A DNA stretch of 63,111 bases, filler included, from Hausera hauseri (taxonomy: Eukaryota): NCBI GenBank assembly GCA_046269625.1. It is 11 parts of 11 records of this genome, joined end to end, with 100 filler letters (N's around TTAATTAATTAA, not from the genome) between each part and the next. Parts side by side here need not be neighbours in the genome. Positions count along the whole stretch, not along the records: positions 1 to 12,317 come from JBJURY010039999.1; 10 more parts are not named here. One strand, given 5' to 3'. The notes beneath the pieces were generated by a model. The model was not told where the DNA came from and made no database searches. It was given only the letters and a program-made list of their open reading frames with translations. Shown here one piece after another: positions 1-12,417 of the stretch. A program made the translations under genes and the position numbers. Each line of letters starts with the position of its first letter. The stretch's first letter is position 1.

Positions 1-269
1 GGTATTCAGTCGTTGTCTTTGCCTCAGTTGTTGCTGTTTCGGCGGGTTTTATTTCAGCGTTATTTTTTTTCAGTAGTTATTTAGTTTTGCTTTTCCTTTA
101 GTAGCTCCTGGTTTCGATCTGTTTACAGGTTTTATTTTAGCTCTTGTCACGGTTGTTATTATTTTAGCCGCTCTTGATTCGCTTACTACTAAGCCTGCTT
201 ACGTTATACTGATGTAGATTATGACGTGTAGAGTGCAAGTGAAATAAAATGAGGCTTCAGCCTAAACTG

Positions 270-770
270 TATGGCACTTCATGAACTGCCTCTTTTTTCA
301 TTCACAGAAGTGGTCTCTCTAATCAGAAATATACCTTGCAAGATATCTTGTGTGTAGATGGAATCTCATCACGTATCCTGCACCTAGCAACCACTGTGGT
401 AGCTGAATCTCTTACTTACATATAGAACTTATGCACAGCTCAATACATTACCAGACCACATAAAACGGCGCTGGTGATTTCAATCCCATTAAAGGCAAAC
501 TTGACCTTGAAGAAAATTGTCCTTTCTGCAGTATCCAAGTCCTTTCGTCACACATTTATAATTACATGCAAACCTCTATAAAAAAATTTAATCTCGTGCA
601 TCAAAATCAATAGGATGTTTAGATGCAACTAATCTTGTCAATCTCTACTAACCAAACTCGCCGATATATGGCGCTAAAAAAAGACTTTACGTCAGCACAC
701 AGAACATATGTTATAGCCTGACTGATTTACATAGCCACATACAAAGTGAATGTATATATTAGCCTGATTA
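270..770 (-). mobile_element. Possible heavily decayed LINE (CR1/L2-like) RT fragment flanking the LTR element
   Basis: Only weak remnants on the minus strand (LCADVKSFFSAI, similar to YADDxKxF; RKDL); many stops. Confidence 0.25.
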
Positions 771-805
771 ATTTACGCTAACACATACAACATGATTGTA
801 GGTAT

Positions 806-2514
806 TGTGATAGTGATTGAGGCGTGATTGTGATAGTAAAAGCCAGCCGCCACGGTAAAACCCAGCCGCCACACTAATGAATAGAGTGAACCAGGAAGCA
901 CGTAAACTGAACGAAAAGTTGCGTAGCGCAATTTGTGCGACCACAAGTAAGATGGCGCATTCTGTTGGAGAAGCCGGAAAATTACGTTCTCGACAGGAAG
1001 GCAAGAAATCATGGAAAATTCGATACGAAACAGAATCTGATTGGTTGAAGTACATAGCCAGTGTTGTATAGCAACAACCGCAACACAATAACGTCATGAA
1101 CTAAGGAAAAACGTAACAGTTGGAAACAGCGGTTTCAATATAAGCAAGACAGCCTTGGTAACCGCAGCATTCGTTGAGCAGCATTGCTGAGAGTCATTCT
1201 GCAAGCATTCGTATCTTGGACTTCGTAGTGTAAGGAGCTACGGCTTGTTGAGCATCAATTCGATGGTCAGCCTTCATAGTGAACAGAAGGACATCTGTTA
1301 ATGGACTCCTGTAGTATGTAGAACTACGTGAAGCAGTTGGTTTGTAATCTTCGCGGTAGATAAAAGCATATCTGCCCATCGCTTGTACGTCGTTGGATCG
1401 AGCGTATCGTATAAATCGTTTGAAAGTCGTTTGAAGAAAATCGTTTGAAGCAAATCGTTTGAAGCAAATCGTTTGTATACCGTTTGAAGCAATCGTTTGA
1501 AGATTTATCGTCTTCGCAGAAGATGCTATGTGAACTGCGAGTTCCAGTTGCTTACTGTGAGTACTACGTTTAATTAATTGCATCGGCTGATCAAATGGCT
1601 GAAGCCACGCAGTAACGTGCACGTAATTCGTTCGTAATAATCTTCGTTGGTGTCAGCCAACTGAGCGCTCGCTAAATCGTTCAACGACAACGTTTAATTC
1701 GTTCAGCAACGATCTTTATATCGTTCGTGTGGTGAAGAGATAACCCTCTACGTTGGAGGAAAGCATCGTTCGTCAGCAGTGAAAGTGTCGCTGTCGAAGC
1801 TTTTGGCAGTTGAGTTGGAGATCAAGTGCCACCGGTGCCATTGGTGCACCATTCTTATGGTAATTGGTAAACTGTGAGTATCTTTGTACTGTCTGTAAAT
1901 GTTATATGAACGTGAACTAGCACTGAATCGCATTGTGTATGCACAGTATGGAGTTTATAGCTGTTGAACAGAACCTTGGGTACCCATTCAATTAAACACC
2001 CGGCATTTGCCATACGAATGGTTATGAATATATTTATGGAGAGACTAGTATTGTATATTGGAAGCTGAGATAAATTGACTCTTGAAAATTGTAACTTGTT
2101 TATGAGAACTGACTTTGAAATTGAGAAACGGACATTATTGTAACAGTCAGTAAGGTCATGGACACAGGAAGGAAGCGAATCTACAGGAAGGACATGGCGG
2201 CTGAGCTATTAAGGAATAAATAGTTAGTTAATTAGCATAGTTAGATAAGTGATTGCATGTACATTATTGACGATTCATGAGTTGGGTTATCAGTGACTAG
2301 AAAGAGTCACTAATTGAAAGTCTATGATGCAATAATTATTTACTTATGTGTATTATTATTATGATTTGTTCTTGTGTTGAGTTAATAAATGAATTGTTCA
2401 TTATACGATCAGAGTCATTACCTTAGGTGCGATTTATGTTGCTGAAGTTGCGCCGCTAATTGCGCGCCAAATTAGTATTGTGTTTTAAGGTTGAGTGTTG
2501 TATTGGCTATCACA
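806..2514 (+). repeat. 5' LTR, ~1.7 kb (start at 806 or 829)
   Basis: Starts TGTGATAG (at 806 and again at 829) and ends in the perfect inverted repeat CTATCACA (2507-2514); start region matches 12171-12317; AATAAA at ~2215 and ~2384. Confidence 0.8.
1412..1510 (+). repeat. Tandem array of ~13-14-bp units (AATCGTTTGAAG[C]A) inside the LTR
   Basis: About 7 consecutive (T)CGTTTG-containing units. Confidence 0.9.
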
Positions 2515-2535
2515 ACACCAACATTGTAATTTTAG

Positions 2536-2558
2536 TGGTGCCTTAAGACCAGGATTCG
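2536..2558 (+). promoter_or_regulatory. Primer-binding site, tRNA-His-like
   Basis: TGGTGCC-TTAA-GACCAGGATTCG compared with the complement of invertebrate tRNA-His 3' end, TGGTGCC-GT-GACCAGGATTCG (recalled sequence); lies ~21 nt after the inferred LTR end. Confidence 0.7.
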
Positions 2559-2846
2559 GTTAGACATCCAGTCAAGAGTGTCAAACTCAAACAGCTTTGT
2601 CAAGCATAGCCCTGAAGATAGCATTGTGCACCACAGCACTAACTACTGAATAAGAGCTTCAGCAAAAAGAAGTGACATAACCGCTCTCTTCTCTGAACGG
2701 TACAGCTGTGAGATAGTTAGTTGAAAAATAGTTGGTTGATCATCATCAATCAAGGGAAGAGAAGTGGTACAGCTTTATGATACTTTAAGAATTTAGTTAG
2801 TTGAAGTTAATGTAGACGTGTTGATCATCATCAATCGTGTCGGTCA

Positions 2847-4590
2847 GTGGCAAACTTTACTAAATCATCATCAATCTTAAACACTGACGACACCTACATT
2901 ACAGTTAAGACAATTGATTACGATAACTTTGTAATAGAGTTAAGAGATTGTATTGAGAATAAAATGGAATCTCCACCTTCTGCCATGGGAGAAAGAATTG
3001 TGGCAATACCACAGCAACAGTTGGATGCCATGATGGCAGAATACAGTGCAATGAAAGTTGCCTATGAAGAAACTAGAAAAATGCTAGAGAAAATACAAGC
3101 AGGAAGTCAGACCCCGATTAAAGAAGGGAAACCTTACAAGTCAGGTTTGGGTAGTAAAGACGATCCAGTTAGGAAAGCTTTAGATAAAATAGAGACTATG
3201 GTGACGAAGGTTGACATGAATAATCGACACCAAAACATCAGGACTTTCGTGCAGCCATTTAGCGGAAAAGAGACAAAAACCTTCAAGACGTGGATATCAC
3301 AGATCGAGAAGTACGCATACTTGGTTAAAGCCACTGAAGAAGAGAGAAAAGAAATGGCTTACATGACGTCTGATGGACTAGCGAACGATTTCATCCGACG
3401 AAGGTTCACATCGTGCCCAGATGAGACTTGGGAAGAGTTCAAGAAGACGTTAGCCAACAGATATGCCGAGGTTAGTGATGCGCACTACGCGGTGGCAGCG
3501 CTGAGAAAGATTAGACAAGAAAGGGAGGAAGCGGTCCAATTGTATGGTACCGGATGCCGAATATGGCGGAAGAGGCATACACCGGGCAAAATATCATGTC
3601 AGAGGAATGTGGTAATGCAGGTCATTTTGCGAGGGGCTGTCAAGCAAACACCATGAACGGTAAAGAAGAAGTTAGAGTTCCGAGACATCAGGGAAACGGG
3701 AGTCCTGCTGTGTAGAACGGCCCATGCAGAGCAGGAAAATAGTAAGGGCCCGCCCGAAAGGACAAAGGAAAACGTCATGTCAACGGAACGCTGAATATTA
3801 TAGACAAGAAAGGAACTTAAGAAAAATTAGACCAAATATCAAACCAATATGGAAGAAAGAAGATAAATATAGAACGAGAATCATGAGACGTAGACGTAGA
3901 GAACCGAACGAAGTGAACTGCAGAAGGGTGAGCCTGAGAAGAAATAATAAAAGGGAAATTATGAAAAGAAATTATCACGGAACATACTATGAAAGAAACG
4001 GTAGAAGTCACGATAATACGAGAAGATATGAAGTTATGGGAAGAAACTTTAATCCAAGAAAAAACAAAGTTTATCAAACGCCGGTTAAAAGGAGTAACGA
4101 TCGAGAATATACCAAGACTGAAAGCGAAGAAGTTGGGAAAGATAGGAAAACCGGAAATCATAGAAACTGGTTACGGACAAATCAACAGTGTGAGAAAGTT
4201 GAGCAGGAAATGAGAAGCGGAACAGTACAAAAATGCCGAGATGGGATAGGAAATAAGCGACAAAACGAACCGGAACCTATGGAGGTCGATGAAACTAGAC
4301 GCAAGATACAAGAGAAAACCCCAAAGCAAATCACACCCTGTCCCAAACACAAGAAGGTCGTTAACATCCACACCCCGAATCCCAAAAGAAGGCGTCCCTT
4401 TCCTGAACAGTCACGAGCGGCAAATACCCGAAACGTACACCATCAGAAACGAACGTCGCAACAGATTGAAAATAGAGATTATGGAAGTGGTAAAAGGCAA
4501 GGGAAACAGAGAAAAAAATACGAAATAAACTTCATAGAGGATCCAAGTTCCTACATCGTACACTTGGCAAAGTCAGAGTTAGATGCTTGA
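2847..4590 (+). pseudogene. gag: Gag, frameshifted (ORFs 2847-3656 and 3724-4590)
   Basis: Capsid-like FSGKETKTFKTWISQIEK...TWEEFKKTLANRY; out-of-frame CCHC knuckle C..ECGNAGHFARGC at ~3597-3640; PMEVD motif; basic NC-like region. Confidence 0.85.
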
Positions 4591-7500
4591 TAGATACTGG
4601 CGCACAAGTTAGTATACTTAGTGAAAGAGTGTACCGGATGTTAAAGATCAAAGGAAAATTGATAAAGCAAGATATTGATTTGAGATCAGTGTCCGGAAGA
4701 ACTTTGAAAGTTTTAGGAAAAACCACACTGGAATTTCATATCGGAGAAAAGACCATGAAACATAATTTTCTAATAGTGAGAAATATGTGTCGCAGTGCAA
4801 TAATAGGAAGAGATTTTCTTAGAAAACACAATGCACGGATTTATTTTGACTTAAAGAAAATAAGAGTAGAAGACCAATATGTGGATCTGGAGGATGATAT
4901 CCACATTGCATCCATCGTACGAGTGAGAAAAAAGATAACCATGAAGCCGAATTCCGTAAATATTGTATTGGCGTCATTGAAGAGAAACAGTTATTGGCAT
5001 GAAGGGGAAAACGTAGCAGTAACACCATTAGATGAGAAAGAAATAATAGAAGAGCCAGGATTGCAAACGGTGTGTGGAATTGTGAAATTAAACCCGAAAA
5101 GAGAAATACCGGTGATGATAGTCAATTATACGGGAAAGACGATAACATTACAAAAAGGATGCGTTGTAGCGAAAGTGGACAAAACCGACACATCGATATG
5201 TGAAGCTGTGAATATGACCGAGAAAAACAAGAAAGAAAAAATCCAAGAAAAGTTAAATAAATATTGGGAAGAGAAGTCGAGCAGAAGAGCACACCGAGAC
5301 AGAGTTTTGGCAGAAATACGAGAAGGATTATGGAGGCGGAAACGAGGACAGTTGGTAGCAGAAATCAGCCAAGATGACGAGAGAACCAAGAAGTTGTTAG
5401 AAACTTTAAAAGTAGATGAAAAACATAAAACCTGCATAGAGAACTTTGTGAGAAAACATGCAGATGTTTTCGCAATATCAGACATGGAACTGGGAAGAAC
5501 ACAAACAGTCACCATGAAAATTGAGACAGGAGACCACGCACCCATAAGTTTAAAGCCGTACAGAACACCCCTCGGAAATAGAGAAGTGGTAGAGAAAGCG
5601 GTGGAGGAGATGTTACGAGCGGGTATTATTGAACGTACCAGGTCGGAATGGTCCTTTCCTGTCGTAATTGTAACGAAAAAGGATGGCAGCCACCGATTCT
5701 GCGTAGATTATCGGGCATTGAACGCCATCACCAGCAACGTCAGCTACCCGATGCCGTTAATTGATGACATCTTGGGACTGCTAGACGGAACCACTTACTT
5801 TACGACACTGGACGCAAGGTCGGGCTTCTGGTGCATACCGATGTCCCCGGAGGCAAAGGCAAAAAGTGCGTTTTGTACACATACAGGCCTATATGCCTGG
5901 AATGTAATGCCATTTGGACTGAAGGGATCACCAGCGACATATATGTCTCTGATGAATATAGTACTAGAAGGAATGCAGGCATACGCCCTAGCGTACATTG
6001 ACGATATACTGATTTTTACAAAAAGTGACATAAAAGACCACTTAGAACATGTGGAAAGGGTATTTGACAGACTCAGAGAGCATAAAGTAAAATTAAAACT
6101 AAGCAAATGTGAGTTCCTAAAGGAGGAAACGAAGTACTTAGGTTTCGTGATCACTAGAGAAGGAGTGAAACCTGACAGTGAGAAAGTGGTAGCCATCAGG
6201 TCCATGGCAGCACCAAAAACTACCAAGGAAGTACGCGGATTCCTCGGCACTTGCGGGTATTATCGGAGGTTCATCCCGAATTTCTCCGTGATAGCTGAGC
6301 CATTGGTAGCATTAACAAGGAAATTTGCCAGATTCCGTTGGGATGAGCACTGTCAAAAGGCTTTTGAATATTTGAAAGAAAGTTTAACCGTGGTACCCTT
6401 ACTAATGTACCCGAACACGAATAAAGAATACGTGTTATATACGGACGCTTCAGAATTCGCAGTAGGAGCGGTACTAGCCCAGAAAGATGGTGAGGAAATA
6501 GTGCAAGGGAAAAAGGTTGATAAGGAAAAACCAATTTATTTCCTATCACACAGATTGACAAAATCACAACGAAAATGGGCTGTGACAGAGAAAGAAGCGT
6601 ACGCAATTCATTACGCCTTACAGAAATTGAATTTTTATCTGCACAACAGCAAGTTTACAATTAAGACCGACCATATGCCATTGAAGGCCATGATGAGAGC
6701 AGATGTGCAGAACAAACGAATCCAGCCGTGGATTTTGAACTTGCAAGGCTATAATATGAATATAGAATACATACCGGGTCCACAGAATACTATTGCAGAC
6801 TTACTGTCAAGATTGCCGGACAAAAGTAACAACTATGAAGAACCACAAGAAGAGAATATAGAAGAAGGAACACCGGAGATTGATGAACACACGCTCCAAA
6901 TTTCGGCAGTCAGTTCGACCGAAGCAAAAGTAGATAAAACGGAAAATTCAGTAACAAAACCAAGTGGGGAAGATGAAAATAGGATAAATATGAAAGTAGA
7001 ACAACTAAAAGATGTTGAGCTGCACATCATTATTGAAGATTTGAAATCAGGGGTAGAGGAAAAGTCAAAGAAGTGGAAGAAATTTATGTTGGATGACGAA
7101 GAATTATATCGAGTGGGTGGTGAAGAAAAACGAAATTTCCAATTGTGCATTCTGCAACATCTGAAGACGTGGGTAATTCAACAACACCATGACAAATTAG
7201 GACATATGGGTAGAGACAGAACTACAGAACTAATAAGTCGGAAATATTATTGGAAGAATATGTTACAGGAAATCGGAAATTACATCAAGAACTGCGAACC
7301 CTGCAAGTTAAGAAATATGGAGGTATTAAAACATCCGATTCAGGAACCAGATTACGCGAGATTCCCCATCGAAAAAATAAGTCTCGACCTTTCTGGACCA
7401 CACCCGTTAACAGCCTCAGGGAATAAGTACATCCTACATATAGTTGACATCTATAGCGGATGGCCAGAGCTGTATGCCGTACCGGATAAGACAGCGGAAA

Positions 7501-9035
7501 ATATTGTAGACATCTTGGTAGGCAAATTTATAACTCGATATGGATGTCCCAGAATGATTGTTACAGATAACGGCAGAGAATAAGTGAATCATATAATGAA
7601 AGAGACATTGAAAGAGTTAAACGTAAAGCACATAAGAACATCTGTGTATAACCCGGGTGCGAACGGAATCAACGAGAGGCAACACGTCACGCTGTACGAC
7701 ATTATCGCCAAATACACCCAAGACCAGCCAAAAGAGTGGGACCTGTATCTAGGACAAGCAGCCATGGTAGTACGAGTAATGGAAAATGGGAGTAGGAAAT
7801 ACTCGCCATACGAGATGTTATTTGGCAGAGAACCCATTCTTCCCGTCGACAATCTGCTACGACCTAGACTGAAATACCAGGGAGAAGAATTTCATCAGTA
7901 TCTAATCCAAAAATTACATGAAATTACTGTGAAAGTCAGCAGGAATTTGAGAGAAGCTTTTCAGAAGAGGAAAAAGTATAGTGAACCGAAAACGGTACAT
8001 CAAGAATTCGAGGTGGGAGATAAAGTATATTACCGTAAGAATAAGAAAAGCTCTAAGCTTGAAAATAATTGGATACCGGGATATAAGATACTAGAGAAGA
8101 AAGGACCAATAACCTACGTAGTGATCAACCAGCAGACGGGACATGAAACAACAACTACCACAAGTCAGCTCAGAAAAGACGACCGAATGTTCCCGGAAGA
8201 ACCTAAAGCAGAAAATAAGGGCAATATACGTAAATCAAGGTATGTAGTGCCACCAAACGAAGGAAGTGAATCAGAAACATCGACGGAAACGACCCAAAGT
8301 GAAGAAGACAAGTCAGAAGAAGAAAGCGAAAGCGATACTCGTTACGAAATAGCAATCCCATACCGAACTAGAAAGGAAACCGAACAGAAAGTAGATAAAG
8401 AAACTAATACGTCGGCACCGTATCAGAATACTAGAGCAGCAGCAAGAAAAAGATTTGAAGAAGCGCGTACACAACAGTTGAAAAGGAGACGAACCATGCG
8501 AAGTAATTCATCAGAAGAAAGTGACATACCAATATTAGAAAGAAAAAGACGCTTGGAAGATCGTGAGCGAAGGGAAGCACAAGAAGCTTATGGAGATGAT
8601 GAAGACACGCAAGAAGAAACACAAGACGAACCGGAAAATAGTGGTTCAGAGACTTTGGTGGAAGACACAGAAACGGAAACATCAGAATTAGACCAGATGG
8701 TGAGGAGATTAAAGAGGTTACATGATTCGGGCACATCAACGGAAGATGAACCCAGAGCCAAAGTCACTAGACAAGCAGCCCTTAGAAGAATGCATATGAA
8801 AAAGGCCGAAGAAATTAGGCGGAAACAGGAAAAGGAAAGAAGACAAACAGAAGCTCGTATAGAGGAAATACACAAGACAGTCGATAGAAAAGACAAAGAA
8901 GTTCAAGATATAAAGGAAACTATTGAAAAACTGGCCGATGGTAAAAGGAAAGCAGATATAGAAGTTAGCGAACTACAGGGCAAAGTAAGCGAAGCAGAAG
9001 CACATTCCGCCCAACTAGAAAAAGAAAACGCATAG
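4587..9035 (+). pseudogene. pol: Pol (protease-RT-RNase H-integrase) with one in-frame stop at 7581-7583 and a long acidic/coiled-coil C-terminal extension
   Basis: IDTGAQ and IIGRDFL (PR); RFCVDYRALN, MPFGL, YIDD (RT); TDAS, EKEAYA, TDH (RH); HH..GH..C..C and D..D(NGRE*)..E (IN); GP(I)TY motif; 7584-9035 continues in the same frame. Confidence 0.95.
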
Positions 9036-9338
9036 AAGACGGAGATCATAACGAAGCTCAGAAAGCAGTTGACAGAAATAGTCAGCCAAAAAGAGCCACC
9101 GTGCAATGTAATGAAGAGAAGTGTGAAACACAAGAAACAAAGAGAAGAAGAAGATATGGAAAACGAAGACGCAGAAGAACGTACGCATAGTAAAAGTCGA
9201 CCAAAAATAATAGCGGAAGTGGAAGATAAGCCACGGGGTAAAAGCCAACCCGAGCAAACGACCATAATAGACAAGGCAGAGGGTATGAATACTTTACATC
9301 TGGTTATGCAAACTATGTTGAAGTTAACACAATAGTAA

Positions 9339-11341
9339 TTGTGTGGATATATAATTCCACAGAGAACAATGAATACACATCAGTTGATGGTCACAATCCT
9401 TACAAGCTGGATAGTTGTCGGTTTGACACAAGCTAGGAAAGAGATTTTCCAATATGAAGGTATGGTGTTTGTAAAAATCAAAGATGTACACCAAATAAAA
9501 GCCCATTGGAAGTTGGTAATAACACAATCGCTGAAGAACTTCCAAGAACAAGTAATCGATGTAGAGGAGAAACTAGAAAATGCCAGCAGACTGCTACATG
9601 CAAGAGCATATATAAGCAATAAGAATCAAAAGACGAATGATGCCACATATTTTCAAAGGATGATATTAGAGTCAGAAAGAGAAGTGAAACAATGGAAAAA
9701 TGAAGTTAGGGGCATAAACGAAAGACTGATTTGGCTTAATAGAGGTAGAACCAAGCGAGCCATCTTACCGTTCGTGGGAGAGCTCTTAGATACGCTCTTT
9801 GGTACAGCAAAGGAAGATGAATTGCAAACTATCAGACAAAGCGTCCATATAATAAATGGTAACATTGAGGTTATGAAACATGTGATGGAACGTAGTATTT
9901 CGGCAATAAATATATCCCATCGAGAAATAGCGGAAAATAGAAGGAAAATTAATGAATACACCACGCATATATCTAGAATTGAAAAGTACCTAACAGAAAT
10001 GGAGAATAATGTAGAAAATGTAACGAAAGAACTTGAAACCAAAATAAATGAGTTAGGAATGCTAATGTCAATTGAAGGCAGATGTAGAGAGTTGGTAAGA
10101 CGAACCGGAAGAGTTGCTAATAACATTGAAGATATTCTAAGCCTAACTACCTTGAAGAGACTAAACGTGAATGCTATAAACCCGACAGAATTGAAAGTGA
10201 TCTTAGAAAGTATCCAGAGGAATATACCACGCAATTTACGAATGCCGATTAACTTAGAGGAACATCTAATTGACTACTACGAACAACTAGAAACGGAAAC
10301 ATATATCAACAGAGGTCAATTGATACTGATAATGAACATCCCATTGGTAGATATCACCGAAGAATATGAGTTGTATGAGGTTACGAGTATTGGAAAAGTG
10401 AACGGTAATGACGGAAATGAACAGAGTGAATTGTGGGAAAACTACTATGTCAGAAACATCCCAGAAGGCAAGGCACTATTAATTAATAAAGCGAACACCA
10501 TGTTCACAATACTACCGCAGGAAGAGTTCAGCAAATGTAGTGAAACGAACACCGAGTACTGTGAAATAACGAGACCAATGTATAATACCAAGCAAACAGA
10601 ATCATGTGTACTGAATACATATGAAAGCAACGGAGAAAGAGTTGAGAAATATTGTCGAAAAGATTTAGTTAGGAGAATGCAAACACCGCAAGCGACGAAG
10701 ATAGGCAAAGATATATGGATGATAATTACAAAGACAGAGTTGAAAGCTCAAAAGTTATGTGAGCGTGATGGGAAACGGAATACTGAAACAATACATCTAA
10801 AGAGGAAGTTAGAATTACTTCAGTTGGAAAAGGGATGCTCTCTATACTCAAGCGAAATAGTTATCAATGAGCCGCAGATGTTTGACTCGACAGTAAATGT
10901 AGCGACACCAAAGATGAATACTTTGAATATCAACATGAACGGGCAACAATGGAAAAACACAGACACAGAAACAGTGGTAAAGAAGATGGAGCTTGTATTT
11001 GGAAACCTCTAACACACTTAAAAGCAATGGAGAAAATAGATTACAACGACATGCTTAATGAACTAGAGCAATTTCAAGCCATCAAGGAAGTAGATGAGAG
11101 AAACACCACGACGACCATTAGTGGCATCATTATTGTAGCAGTAATCCTATTATGTGGAGTTGTTGTAGGGCTTAATAAAAAGTTTAATTGCTGGAAGAGA
11201 ATTGAGGAACTCTATCAGAAACACAAGGAAACCCAGAAGTTAGATCAAGCAGAAAAAGGACAGTCCCCAACCAAAGACGTCAGAATAGAATATCGGGATA
11301 TTAAGTCAATATACCCAAATCTGACTATACAAAAGGTGTAA
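9339..11341 (+). pseudogene. env: Envelope fusion glycoprotein, baculovirus F / errantivirus Env type, with one frameshift near 11000
   Basis: Signal peptide; furin site RTKR then fusion peptide AILPFVGELLDTLFGTA; heptad repeats; Cys pattern; TM helix ISGIIIVAVILLCGVVVGL in ORF 10949-11341. Confidence 0.9.
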
Positions 11342-12160
11342 AAGATTATGAAGGGTAAGACATAGGCCAAACTGTAATATAAGGGGTCGAAATAAAGATG
11401 ATATACTTTCTCTTGATAGGAAAGGGTATATACTGCTTAGCGACGGAAGAAAAATAATTTTTCATTCGCTGTAACGAATGACAAATAATTTTTAATGGGA
11501 TGAGGGGCGTATAGTAAGGGAACGCTCACCCAGAGAATTTCTCCGGGAGACCTAGAATTTTGTTTCGGGAAATAAGATTTTCCTTGCAAATGTACTAAAG
11601 TTGGGACTGGGGGACGTAACATCAAACCCAAACCCGCGAATGTGTAGTGTGAATGGAAGTGTGAATGGGTCTACTGTGGGTAAGTAAAGCGATTAAAAGA
11701 GCCCACAGATTGGTGATGTCCATCAAGTGGATGTCCATGAAGGACGAGTGAGACGGATGCATGAGAAAGGGAAATGCGCAAGGAATAAAGGGGACAGGTA
11801 GCGTTACTGTTAATATTTATAGGAGTCAATGTGGTGGATATAATACTTATGAAAGTATTGGGTGTGGTTGATGAAAACCACCATATTTACATTAATTATG
11901 TCGTATTGATTGAGAAATGATGATATATGTAAATAATGTAGTTAGAAATCGAAATTTTGAAGTTCTTGAATTATTAATGATGAAATGTGATTAACATTCT
12001 GTTAATAGTTGAGTTTTTATATTTGCTGATTAATTACAATGAATATGTGATGTCGTCATTTTCGAGTAGACTAAATGGTACTTGAAACAAGGTTGAAAGG
12101 ATGAAAGGCAGTAATCAGAAAAAATTCTTATCTGCTTGAGTGTAGATAATAATATTTTTT

Positions 12161-12317
12161 AAAGGGGTAAGAGGCGTGATTGTGATAGTAAAAGCCAGCC
12201 GCCACACTAAAAACCCAGCCGCCACACTAATAAATAGAGTGAACCAGGAAGCACGCATATTGAACGAAAAGTTGAGTAGCGCAATTTGTGCGACCACAAG
12301 TAAAATGACGCATTCCG
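12161..12317 (+). repeat. Polypurine tract and start of the 3' LTR
   Basis: AAAGGGGTAAGAGG precedes TGTGATAG (12181); ~92% identical to 829-965. Confidence 0.85.
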
Positions 12318-12417
12318 NNNNNNNNNNNNNNNNNNNNNNNNNNNNNNNNNNNNNNNNNNNNTTAATTAATTAANNNNNNNNNNNNNNNNNNNNNNNNNNN
12401 NNNNNNNNNNNNNNNNN
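12318..12417. other. Artificial contig spacer. Identical spacers at 16563-16662, 21092-21191, 27187-27286, 31366-31465, 35836-35935, 40168-40267, 50544-50643, 54649-54748 and 58884-58983
   Basis: Ten 100-nt blocks of N-run + TTAATTAATTAA (stops in all six frames) + N-run. Confidence 0.99.

Larger units (their letters stand above)
806..12317 (+). mobile_element. Env-bearing Ty3/Gypsy LTR retrotransposon (errantivirus-like endogenous retrovirus); 3' LTR truncated by the contig end
   Basis: LTR-PBS-gag-pol(PR-RT-RH-IN)-env-purine tract-LTR order; 819-965 is repeated at 12171-12317. Confidence 0.95.

Noticed and set aside
1194-1622. Antisense 142-aa ORF in the LTR
   Set aside because: Largely produced by the 14-bp tandem repeat; no recognisable domain
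7581-7583. Programmed readthrough within integrase
   Set aside because: The TAA replaces the conserved Phe of DNGxEF inside the catalytic core; a nonsense mutation is more likely
4819-10708. Many short antisense ORFs over pol and env (also over PolB and the 36-39 kb exon)
   Set aside because: Shadow ORFs of the real coding strand
12362-12373. Recurrent TTAATTAATTAA motif and ORFs ending in X..LIN
   Set aside because: Artificial linker; such ORF ends are artefacts
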